From a virus: 64,000 bases of DNA. Made by a program: the position numbers and the translations under genes. The DNA is taken from positions 18,389 to 82,388 of the IMG/VR virus record IMGVR_UViG_3300032288_005778. One strand, written 5' to 3'. This document shows positions 8,153 to 16,659 of this stretch, one piece after another; the stretch's first letter is position 1; the number at the start of each line of letters is the position of its first letter. The notes beneath the pieces are model-generated. The model worked only from the letters and a program-made list of their open reading frames with translations, had not been told where the DNA came from and made no database searches.

Positions 8153-9886
8153 TGCCGTATCCCAGATCGTAAGCTGTGTAAAGGTTTCATCCCCCGATCG
8201 CGCGGATCTCTTATTTTTCTTTGTTCCAGGCTTTTGAGTTTTCGCTGAATTAGCTGAAATGCTTACTGGGTAAGGTGCGCGGGTGCTTGGTAAATTGTCA
8301 AGGTTCAGATTGCTTACGGTGTCTGCTTTTGGGGTTATTTTCACGGCTTTAGAGGTTTTTACATCCCCCCTTCCGCGCTGAGTTCCCCTTTCGGGGTTTA
8401 ATTGGGAGGAATATCCATCTTCCGGTGGTGCTTGCACACCTTCCTGGTGACATTCTTTCTCAGAATCAGAGCCAGGCTTTCGGGTTTCCCCATGTTCCCA
8501 CGCCCAAGCGCGGTACACTGCTGATAATTGTTTTTTGCCTTTGAGTAAGATGTTCTTGGCTGCGTTAGAATCACGTCCTTCAGTGTGACCACATTCTGTA
8601 CAGCGGTGAGTTCTTTCGCTCAATGCTTTCTTTATTTTAGCACCACATTTTGAACAGTCAACCGTAGTGAAATGAGCAGCAACTTTTACAAACTCTCTAT
8701 CAGTATCTTTACACTTTGTTTCAATCTTACTGATTAAATCACCCAGCGCTGAATCAGCAAAACTTTTGTTTAACCCGGCTTTACGTTTTGCACCGTTCTG
8801 TTCATAGCCATTGCCGTCTTCACGCTTTTTGGCTTTGGGTTTACGGTTCAGATTTTGTATCTTTAAGTCTTCCATCACAATCCCAGAATACTCACGCACA
8901 ACCTTAGTAGATAACTTATGGTTAAAAGCGTTGCGGCTGCGGCGGATCTTCTCATGGTGTAGGGCTATTTTTTGATAGGTTTTCTTCTGATTACATCCTC
9001 CTTTCTTCTGCCTAGATGCTTTACGCTGTAACCGTTTTAGCTTGGTTTGTTGTTTCCTAAATAACTTAGGCGGCTCAACTTCTCTACCCTGATCTGTGGT
9101 AATAACTGACAGTAAACCCGGATCAATTCCCACTGATTTATCAGATTTTGGCAATGGGTCATTGGGAATATCAACACATACATGAAGATAATAACCTGAT
9201 GGTTCTTTAACTATTCTAGCTGACCCCCATTCCTGCCAATCATATCTATCAAATAATCCCTTAACTTTAATTTTACCAAGCTTAGGGAACTGGACATAAC
9301 CATTATTTGAACCGGGTATTTTTTCTGGTTTTAGTTCTTTGAGTAAACCCCCGGCATTGAGATTAACAAGTGACTTGATTTTATCATTTCTCCCTTTGAA
9401 TTTTGGCTTTCTACCGGGGTGTTTTGGGGTGACGTAAGCTTTCCATGATTTCTTTAAAGAATCAATCACCCCTGCCTTAAATTTAGTGGGAACATCTGCC
9501 ATAAAGTCAGGAATATTGTCACTCCTATAAAATTCACATTGCCCATATTTATCAGGGTTTTCAATGTGTAAATATTGCCTAATTTCACAATAGGGATGAC
9601 CGTTCTTAGGTCTGATGACACCTGTACCAACCAAGCGGACTTTCTCCCATTTCTCAGTAGACTTACCCTTTTTATCTTCAGTAACAACCTTTCGCCATTT
9701 CCACTGTAGAACCACACCATCGGGAATAACGCGATCGCCTATTTCTTTTTCTCTGTAATATTTCTGTCTTCCTGCTAACTTTAAGGATAGCCCTGTATTC
9801 CACACCCATTTAAGTTTGTTCAGCCATTGCTCAATAGTTTGTGCCTGGGCAATAGTAGGGTACATTTTAAATTCAAGGGTCTTCAT
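8123..9886 (-). CDS. TnpB-derived type V CRISPR effector (Cas12 V-U, C2c8/V-U2-like), 587 aa, RuvC triad intact
   Basis: N-term MKTLEFKMYPT; RuvC-I GIDPG, RuvC-II MEDL, Zn finger CSKC..CTEC, RuvC-III RDSNAAKNI; abuts the array; no tnpA or IS ends seen. Subtype assignment is tentative. Confidence 0.85.
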   Translation of the reverse strand: MKTLEFKMYPTIAQAQTIEQWLNKLKWVWNTGLSLKLAGRQKYYREKEIGDRVIPDGVVLQWKWRKVVTEDKKGKSTEKWEKVRLVGTGVIRPKNGHPYCEIRQYLHIENPDKYGQCEFYRSDNIPDFMADVPTKFKAGVIDSLKKSWKAYVTPKHPGRKPKFKGRNDKIKSLVNLNAGGLLKELKPEKIPGSNNGYVQFPKLGKIKVKGLFDRYDWQEWGSARIVKEPSGYYLHVCVDIPNDPLPKSDKSVGIDPGLLSVITTDQGREVEPPKLFRKQQTKLKRLQRKASRQKKGGCNQKKTYQKIALHHEKIRRSRNAFNHKLSTKVVREYSGIVMEDLKIQNLNRKPKAKKREDGNGYEQNGAKRKAGLNKSFADSALGDLISKIETKCKDTDREFVKVAAHFTTVDCSKCGAKIKKALSERTHRCTECGHTEGRDSNAAKNILLKGKKQLSAVYRAWAWEHGETRKPGSDSEKECHQEGVQAPPEDGYSSQLNPERGTQRGRGDVKTSKAVKITPKADTVSNLNLDNLPSTRAPYPVSISANSAKTQKPGTKKNKRSARSGDETFTQLTIWDTAGETGLGELG

Positions 9887-10006
9887 GTCCGTTGTCTTCC
9901 TGTTGTTTTTGTCAATTGGTGTTAATACAAATAGCTACTCAAGTAATCTTGGGGTGTTTCCCTCTGATGCAGATATTAGCAAGTAATATTTGCCAATCAT
10001 GTTCAT

Positions 10007-10894
10007 TCAGTTCACCATACTTATCTTTGAATTTTCAAGTAAAACAGCATCAGCATTATGTAGCCCGACAGAGCGAGTCCAGTAACGAAGCTGACAGGGT
10101 TTAATAATATATATGTTTTTACCCGCGTAAACCTTTAAATTACGTTGTGTAAAAACGTGATCAGCAAACTTTGATGGTACTTGTTTTGCAATACTTTCAA
10201 GCACGGTTATCAAGTCATCAGCGTGAACAGTTTGTATAATTTGCTCACGACCCGGATATGGTACTATACTAAATTTAACTACTTGCAGTGGTGCATCAGT
10301 AATATCAAATATGTCCGCAGCTATGCTTTTTTCCTTGAGCGTATCAAAAAGTGGTTGAATCACACCCATAAAGCTCAAGGTGTATGCTTCTAGATCAGTA
10401 ATTTCAGGTTTATTGAATGTTACTGATGTCTTATTTATATACAGATGAGTTGTATCTTCAACTAAGACGCGCTCACCATTACTTAGTCCGTAGAGATCAA
10501 ATACAGTCTGATCCAATTGGTGTTTCAAATCTTCAACAGATTTAGGAAAAGATTCACGTAGCTTACTTTCTGCTTCAACGATTTGATTAATCAATCCTTT
10601 ATTGTCTTCCGAGGGCTTAGGCACAGAAAGTCTCACCAAGTCCTGTGTTTTTGTTCCTAAGCACTCACTACTCAAGGTGGCAAAGATGAAGTAACTGGCA
10701 ATTGACGAATTAATTACCCCATTCAAGTAAGAGTAATTTTCTATTTCCTCAATTTTGGAGAATGAGTTTAATTTTTGGATTAAGTGCATATCCCTGGTTG
10801 TCACTACTACCTTGTCTTCTTGGATCTGCTTAACATATTCCTGAATCACATTAAATAATTGATAATAGGAATTTTCAATTTTGTTGATGCTCAT
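10007..10894 (-). CDS. Stand-alone C-terminal (TRD-like) part of a type IIG/Eco57I-like restriction-modification protein
   Basis: 'YLNGVINSSIASYFIF' and 'LDQTVFDLYGLSNGERVLV' typical of TaqI_C/Eco57I C-termini; no MTase motifs. Confidence 0.6.
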   Translation of the reverse strand: MSINKIENSYYQLFNVIQEYVKQIQEDKVVVTTRDMHLIQKLNSFSKIEEIENYSYLNGVINSSIASYFIFATLSSECLGTKTQDLVRLSVPKPSEDNKGLINQIVEAESKLRESFPKSVEDLKHQLDQTVFDLYGLSNGERVLVEDTTHLYINKTSVTFNKPEITDLEAYTLSFMGVIQPLFDTLKEKSIAADIFDITDAPLQVVKFSIVPYPGREQIIQTVHADDLITVLESIAKQVPSKFADHVFTQRNLKVYAGKNIYIIKPCQLRYWTRSVGLHNADAVLLENSKISMVN

Positions 10895-11425
10895 GGTGTT
10901 TTGTGTTATATTATCAGTTGCCGCTCCCCCAAACTAGCGGCTAAGTACCTGGTAATAGAAACGTGGTTATTGGTACTAACCGCGTTTTTGGGTATTTATT
11001 TAGAATAGCACAAATCTGGTAATTTAAAAATATTTTTTATATTAAAAATTAGACATTAACTGATAGTTGCATACACCTTAAATTTTTACCCCAGTCATGT
11101 TTCAACTGATCCCTGCTTTCTTTTGTAAGACAATAATGTCAGACAATGTAAACAATGTAGACAAATAAAAACAACCACAAAACCCGTCAATTTAACCACT
11201 GGGTTCTTATTACTTATTGAGAATTGGTAGATTAATAAATGTCTGCTTAATCAGCAGACAGTATTGCACAGGTGACAACCAAGTTATTAGTATAGCATTT
11301 ATAGCAAGTTATTTATACAACAATTAAGCAGTTACAAAATTCCGTATACTTTAGGGTTGGCACTGGAAAACTATAAGGATATTATAGGGATATAGAGACA
11401 AGAGAGGCTAGGCTAAAATAACATT

Positions 11426-11680
11426 ATGACTAGAAAACAAGAGAGTATCACGCTCTCCATATCTGAAGAAGAAAAATCAAAACTGGAGAAGCACTGCTTG
11501 GAGTTCGATTGCTATTGGGGGAAAGATAAGCCCAACATATCTAAACTGTTTAAGCAAGTAGCAAATGGAGACATAATTTTATCCCGTCCTGATGTCCCCA
11601 AGGACAAGCAAGCTTCTTTGATCAAGCAAGCGATCGCACTTATTCAAAAAGGATTGTCAATTTTAATAGAATTAATTTAG
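11426..11680 (+). CDS. RHH-like regulator corresponding to the N-terminus of cyanobacterial WYL-domain proteins, WYL domain absent
   Basis: MTRKQESITLSIS...LE...EF..YWG.DKPNISKL pattern; 84 aa; followed by a terminator. Confidence 0.7.
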   Translation: MTRKQESITLSISEEEKSKLEKHCLEFDCYWGKDKPNISKLFKQVANGDIILSRPDVPKDKQASLIKQAIALIQKGLSILIELI

Positions 11681-11685
11681 TTTTT

Positions 11686-11712
11686 AAAGCGCTCTTGACA
11701 GGGCGTTTTTTG
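11686..11712 (+). terminator. Intrinsic terminator
   Basis: aagcgctct-tgac-agggcgttt hairpin plus T tract. Confidence 0.65.
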
Positions 11713-12191
11713 TTGTTTAATGAAAGTGTTTGATAAATTTTGGGAACTTGAGGAATCCATAAAAGCCATTAGAGGGACTAGATTAATGGAGTTAATAATT
11801 ACGTCGCTCAACTACAATCAAGTGCCGTCGTGGCGGAAATAAAGCCAATTCCTGTAATTCCTGTTTCTCCCACGAGTCCAGACAAATCAAATCCAGTTCA
11901 CTTACCGTCTGTTTTAGCAAAAACCCTTATAATTCCGATCCGTTAAAATCAACGCTGGAGTCCTTAAAATCAACATTGGAGTCGTTAATTTTAAGGTTTC
12001 ATCTATACTATTAAACAATCTTAATTAACAATCTTAATTAAGGGTCTCTAGTTTAAGTACAAGTTAATAAAATGCTCACCAAGGTGCATGGTGAGCATAA
12101 TATGTTGAAACCTACTCAATGCAAGTATAGCAAATTTAACCATAAAAATAAAAAACTATTATAATAAGAATAAATTTATCGTTTTTATTTT

Positions 12192-12653
12192 ATGTACTTT
12201 TTAACATTCTTCATGGGATTTGATCGAGACAAGGGACTTGATAATGGCCGCTTAAACTTGCGACATCTTGAGTTGGGAACAATAAATACATGGGTTGCCA
12301 CTAGCTCTGTAGAAAGTAAACAGGGTGCTGAGGATTTTCACGAAAGAGGTGGCTTAATTCCCCCTGAATATCGCGTCCCTGGTTTAAAGAACTGGACTGT
12401 AGCAACCAAGCCAATTCCCATGCCACAAACCAAGGGAGTAGAGGGCAATTTCTACAAAATTGATCCGCACAATGTAACGACTGACAAAGGTGGTACTAGA
12501 GGCGATTTTGGCATACATTTAGATGCAAATGTACCTGGCAGTATGGGTTGTATTGTCATGACAAAAGAGCGATTTAACGATTTTGAAAAGCAGATGGATT
12601 TATTCGCTGACCAAGGCGTTAAGTCCATCCCTTTATTCGTAACCTACAGTTAA
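12192..12653 (+). CDS. L,D-transpeptidase-fold (YkuD/Tlde1-like) protein, possible cell-wall enzyme
   Basis: RGDFGIHLDANVPGSMGCI: His...S.GC motif. Confidence 0.7.
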   Translation: MYFLTFFMGFDRDKGLDNGRLNLRHLELGTINTWVATSSVESKQGAEDFHERGGLIPPEYRVPGLKNWTVATKPIPMPQTKGVEGNFYKIDPHNVTTDKGGTRGDFGIHLDANVPGSMGCIVMTKERFNDFEKQMDLFADQGVKSIPLFVTYS

Positions 12654-13639
12654 ATTACATTTTTAATAGCTTCACAAATTCGTTGCATAAGCAATGGGGG
12701 AATGGAATTTCCAATTCCCCTAACATCAACCGCAGATTTACCCGACCATTTATAAGAATCAGGAAAAGATTGTATCCGTGCTAGTGCATGGGTACTTAAA
12801 CTCTTGCAGGTATCACCACAGACAATATCAATTATTTTAGAGCGGTTGCCATTGTGTCCATCGTCACCTAACACTGCACGAATAGTCCAACATGGTTCTA
12901 CTGGTGTTTTTACCTTGGGTTTATCACGATATCCAATTCGTTCTACTAATACCATTGAGTCGCCATAGAGTGCTACAGCGTCCTTCTGTCGGGGTGTTAT
13001 CTGTGATTCGGTGAAGTGGGGAATCAGATCACAGATTACTTCATACCACCCAATCCAGTTTTTCTTAAATAGATTAATTTGCCCACTAATTGCTTTTCCG
13101 TACTCAGGAATGATAGCAGGAAAGTCAAGTCCATCAGATACGGCAATACTTAAAAACCGCTTTCGGGATTGAGGTACGCCATAATCAGCAGCATTGTAAA
13201 TACCTTTGCCAATCCGATATCCTCTGTCTATTAAAAATGCTTCAAAGTCCAGATAAACCCTTGATTTAGAATAACTGGGGACGTTTTCTAAAACTATAAA
13301 TTCAGGTTCATATAAACTGTAAAATTCATGGGTTGCACTCAATATATTAGCGCGAACGCTGTCTTTATTGGTAGCTCCGTTAACCACTGAAAAATCTTGA
13401 CAAGGTGGTGAAGTTTGGTGAACTAAAATATCGCCATTCCGGTCTTTTTTAGCGGGGATATCTAGATTCCTAAAGTTAACTTTGGCAATATCTTCTATTA
13501 ATACATCCCCGCAATTAGTTTGATAAAGTTCTGCTATTTTAGGATCAAATTCAATAGCAGATATTGGTTTTAATGCAGTGGACATTGCACCTATAGTTGA
13601 GCCACCGCACCCTGAAAAATGAGTAGAGTAATAAATCAT
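12650..13639 (-). CDS. C5 cytosine DNA methyltransferase
   Basis: FSGCGG, SPPCQDFS, ENV, YGVPQSRKR, RIQSFPD, IGNSIPP. Confidence 0.95.
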   Translation of the reverse strand: MIYYSTHFSGCGGSTIGAMSTALKPISAIEFDPKIAELYQTNCGDVLIEDIAKVNFRNLDIPAKKDRNGDILVHQTSPPCQDFSVVNGATNKDSVRANILSATHEFYSLYEPEFIVLENVPSYSKSRVYLDFEAFLIDRGYRIGKGIYNAADYGVPQSRKRFLSIAVSDGLDFPAIIPEYGKAISGQINLFKKNWIGWYEVICDLIPHFTESQITPRQKDAVALYGDSMVLVERIGYRDKPKVKTPVEPCWTIRAVLGDDGHNGNRSKIIDIVCGDTCKSLSTHALARIQSFPDSYKWSGKSAVDVRGIGNSIPPLLMQRICEAIKNVI

Positions 13640-13899
13640 CTATGTTTCACCTGTATTGCACCTTGAATTATCAAAAATCTCCAATCAATATTATCTCTGA
13701 TTTTGTTAGAATCACGCTTAAACATGAACCAACTTTGAAGTAATGTTCCACGCCAAAATATTGTATCTAAAATCATAACAAAATGCTCTATGTTTAGGAG
13801 TTTTAAATAAAGCCCATCGGGCTTTAAGTTAAGAACAAAGATGGTTTGTCCATCTTTTTCTATTGCAAAACCTATGTCTTTAGTTCTTTGAATTTTCAT
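13636..13899 (-). CDS. Hypothetical protein
   Basis: ATGA overlap with the MTase start. Confidence 0.55.
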   Translation of the reverse strand: MKIQRTKDIGFAIEKDGQTIFVLNLKPDGLYLKLLNIEHFVMILDTIFWRGTLLQSWFMFKRDSNKIRDNIDWRFLIIQGAIQVKHR

Positions 13900-14073
13900 G
13901 TTTTTTAAGTTAATTTACTATTGTTAAAAACAACATTACCGCTTACGTAGCGGTTTTGTTGCGGCAGTCTTACGACGACCCCTAGGCTGTGCCTATTTGA
14001 ATTTTAGCACATACTTAGTTGGGTTTCATTGTTTTAAAAGTACCCACTAATGCGTATTAGTGAGTAGCCTTAA

Positions 14074-14823
14074 TTAAATCACGTCAACCACAGATGGATA
14101 CCACTGTAGGGACTGGACGGTTTTATTATGTCCTTTGGCAGTATCTAGAACTATTTGAGAATATTCCTTACCCTCTTCCGTTGGCAACCACAACGGGCTA
14201 GAACTGCTGGTATTTTTAGTTTGCATCCCTTTTTCCATCAAGAGTAAATTCATCCTTCTAGCGGAAATTTCTAGCCCTGTTTTTTGAGCATAAAGTTCTG
14301 CCAATTTACCGGGACGCACCAGTTCCTTTTCCACAGGAATGCCTAAGAGGGTTTTTGATTCTTCCATGGCAGATGCTAACGCAGGATAGTTTTTGGCAAT
14401 CTGATTAGCTTTGACCCCTGCTATTAAACGTAAGTCTATGACTGTACAAGCAAATACCAAGTCTATTGCTGTAGCTATTTGTTGCATTTCCGGTTGCATG
14501 GGAGTCACGCCCGGATAACTACCCGACTTCCTGATCGCTGGTAATACTTCCTCAAATACCCAATCTTGGAACTTTTCAGCACTTGGTAATTTAGAACTAA
14601 AGATGAGTTGGTAAATACCAGCTTCCTCAAGTACAGTCACAGACTGCATTCCGCCAGGGGTCTGGGTTTTACAGACCCCTTTATTTTTATCCTTCACTAG
14701 TCTAAAAACAGCATCAGCGGGGTTTTTAAATCCCAATACTGTAGCTACATCATTAGCGACGGGTTTGCCGTCCACAAATCTAATTTCTTGACTGTCAAAT
14801 TGAAAAACTGCTAAACTATCCAT
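14074..14823 (-). CDS. BRO-N family phage antirepressor
   Basis: DVATVLGF.N, TPGGMQ, EAGIYQLIFSSKLPSAEKFQDWVFEEVLPAIRKSGSY. Confidence 0.92.
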   Translation of the reverse strand: MDSLAVFQFDSQEIRFVDGKPVANDVATVLGFKNPADAVFRLVKDKNKGVCKTQTPGGMQSVTVLEEAGIYQLIFSSKLPSAEKFQDWVFEEVLPAIRKSGSYPGVTPMQPEMQQIATAIDLVFACTVIDLRLIAGVKANQIAKNYPALASAMEESKTLLGIPVEKELVRPGKLAELYAQKTGLEISARRMNLLLMEKGMQTKNTSSSSPLWLPTEEGKEYSQIVLDTAKGHNKTVQSLQWYPSVVDVI

Positions 14824-14874
14824 ATTGGCCTACTTTACTTAGGTTGATTACCAGTGATATCGCCGTTGGGAATG
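14803..14874. repeat. 72-bp direct repeat copy 1 (BRO 5' end plus leader); copy 2 at 16413..16484
   Basis: Identical from aaaaactgctaaactatccat to cgccgttgggaatg. Confidence 0.9.
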
Positions 14875-15108
14875 TTGATACCATTCTTAACGGTGCTGGT
14901 ATTTTAATTATAACACTTAATCGCAAATATAACTACACTTATTGATATAATAATCATGTACTTTTATTGATAGCCATGGGTAATCAAAGGACTACAATCC
15001 AAGCTGATTAATAACTGAAGATTTAGGTGGTTTTATTCTTCAGCAGATGCTTTTAAATAATTGACAAAAAAATTCTTCTGCATATTATTAAGTGATTTTT
15101 GTGGCTAG

Positions 15109-15498
15109 TCAATCTTCAACAAATGATAGATAAAACTCGCCCGAGAACTTCCATCCATCAATCCTGGAATAGGCATTGCCATAGGAAAAGATATCTTTTT
15201 TGAATATTTTAATAAAGCATTTACCATGTTTTTCCTCTTGGTAATCTTCAATAAAAACACCATTTAAACCAGTAATTGAAGGGCAAAATCTGACATAAGG
15301 AGGAGATATAACAACTGCTAGTTTGGGAGTAGTCAGGGGAGGGCTAGAGCATTTGTAAGTTATTACTCCATACTCAGCTAATATATTAATAGCCGTCTCA
15401 CCCCCAATCAGTCCTACGTCTTTTGCCTTTTGCAATGCGTAGTCCCAGTCAATTAAAACAGCTACATTGGTGTTTTTGAATGGATTTAAAGTTTTCAT
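15109..15498 (-). CDS. Hypothetical protein
   Basis: 129-aa ATG ORF. Confidence 0.55.
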   Translation of the reverse strand: MKTLNPFKNTNVAVLIDWDYALQKAKDVGLIGGETAINILAEYGVITYKCSSPPLTTPKLAVVISPPYVRFCPSITGLNGVFIEDYQEEKHGKCFIKIFKKDIFSYGNAYSRIDGWKFSGEFYLSFVED

Positions 15499-15755
15499 AG
15501 TTTTAGTTTGTTTGCTATTTAAATAGTGAAGCCGATTAATGAATAATGGATTTTATGTTAAAACTCTGTTGTAAATATTATAATATATTTAGATACTGGA
15601 ACAAATACCATAAACAAAGTTTTAATATAACACTTAATTGCAAATATGACTACAGTTATTGATATAATAAATACCCACTAAAGCGTATTAGTGGGTACAA
15701 AAGATTCAAGTTAAATCGTTAATCGAGTTTTGCGACGCTTAAATCTGTATTCGAT

Positions 15756-16112
15756 TCAAGGCATCAAGATATGCTTTCTTTGGGCATCCTGCTGCGGTAT
15801 CTGCTCAAAGATTTTATTAAGAACATCATAATCCAAGAACTGAAGATGTCCTTTGATTTCATCAATAAGGTGTTCCCTTGCTTGAAGACCCTCAATATTA
15901 TCTAACTCATCTGATGTCAGAGTCCTTAGTATATACGGGTGTCTTGGATTGCCAACCATCCGTCCTGTTTTAATGTTGAACCTTCTTTCGTTTTGAACGA
16001 TTATTTGAGCAGGCGTTTTACCTTGCACCTTGACAAGTTCTTTATAGCCTGAGAGGTTGCAGATAATAATGGCGTGATCGCCGGGGTAAAGTTCTTTCAA
16101 TGTATACATCAT
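15756..16112 (-). CDS. Phage hypothetical protein (beta-barrel-like; distantly similar to 22357..22677)
   Basis: ATGA overlap with the upstream ORF. Confidence 0.6.
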   Translation of the reverse strand: MMYTLKELYPGDHAIIICNLSGYKELVKVQGKTPAQIIVQNERRFNIKTGRMVGNPRHPYILRTLTSDELDNIEGLQAREHLIDEIKGHLQFLDYDVLNKIFEQIPQQDAQRKHILMP

Positions 16113-16303
16113 TTTACTTCCTTGACTGTGATATTTTGTTCATTGTGCCGACCAGCAGACATTATCCTTTTTGCAGCATTAGCAGCGATCGCCTCTGACT
16201 TATATTCTTTCGCCTTTGATTGCGAGTCATCCCAAGTTTTCCCAGTCCAATAATCACTAAAATTAAGATTTAGTGATTTATACTTTCTCATCAAAATGTA
16301 CAT
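16109..16303 (-). CDS. Hypothetical protein (start revised to MYILMRK)
   Basis: GAGG RBS before ATG at 16303. Confidence 0.55.
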   Translation of the reverse strand: MYILMRKYKSLNLNFSDYWTGKTWDDSQSKAKEYKSEAIAANAAKRIMSAGRHNEQNITVKEVK

Positions 16304-16433
16304 AGCTTTCCTCAATATTTGAAACCTTGAAAGTATTGCTGCTAAAGGATTCCGCCAAAATGGCGGAATCCAAATCAATCATCAAAACACGGACTTGATT
16401 GCTATTGAAACTAAAAACTGCTAAACTATCCAT
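16278..16433 (-). pseudogene. Truncated BRO-like ORF (51 aa, MDSLAVFSFNSNQVRVLMID...)
   Basis: Shares start and leader with the BRO gene at 14823, diverges at the palindrome 16347-16371. Confidence 0.65.
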
Positions 16434-16659
16434 ATTGGCCTACTTTACTTAGGTTGATTACCAGTGATATCGCCGTTGGGAATGCTGACTACATTCCTGA
16501 TGTGCGCTGGTATTTTGTTATTATAGCACACAGATAGAAAATATGACTAGATTTTGTTACAATAGATTTGGATGACTTGATTTAGTAGTTAGCGGTCAGG
16601 GTCGTTGGGAACAACTGGGATATTCTTGACGACACTGATTTTATTAAGCAGGTTTTTTT

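Noticed and set aside
8123-9886. Ordinary IS200/IS605 TnpB insertion, or Cas12k CAST
   Set aside because: No tnpA or IS ends seen and a true repeat-spacer array abuts the gene; RuvC residues are intact and tnsB/tnsC/tniQ are absent, unlike Cas12k
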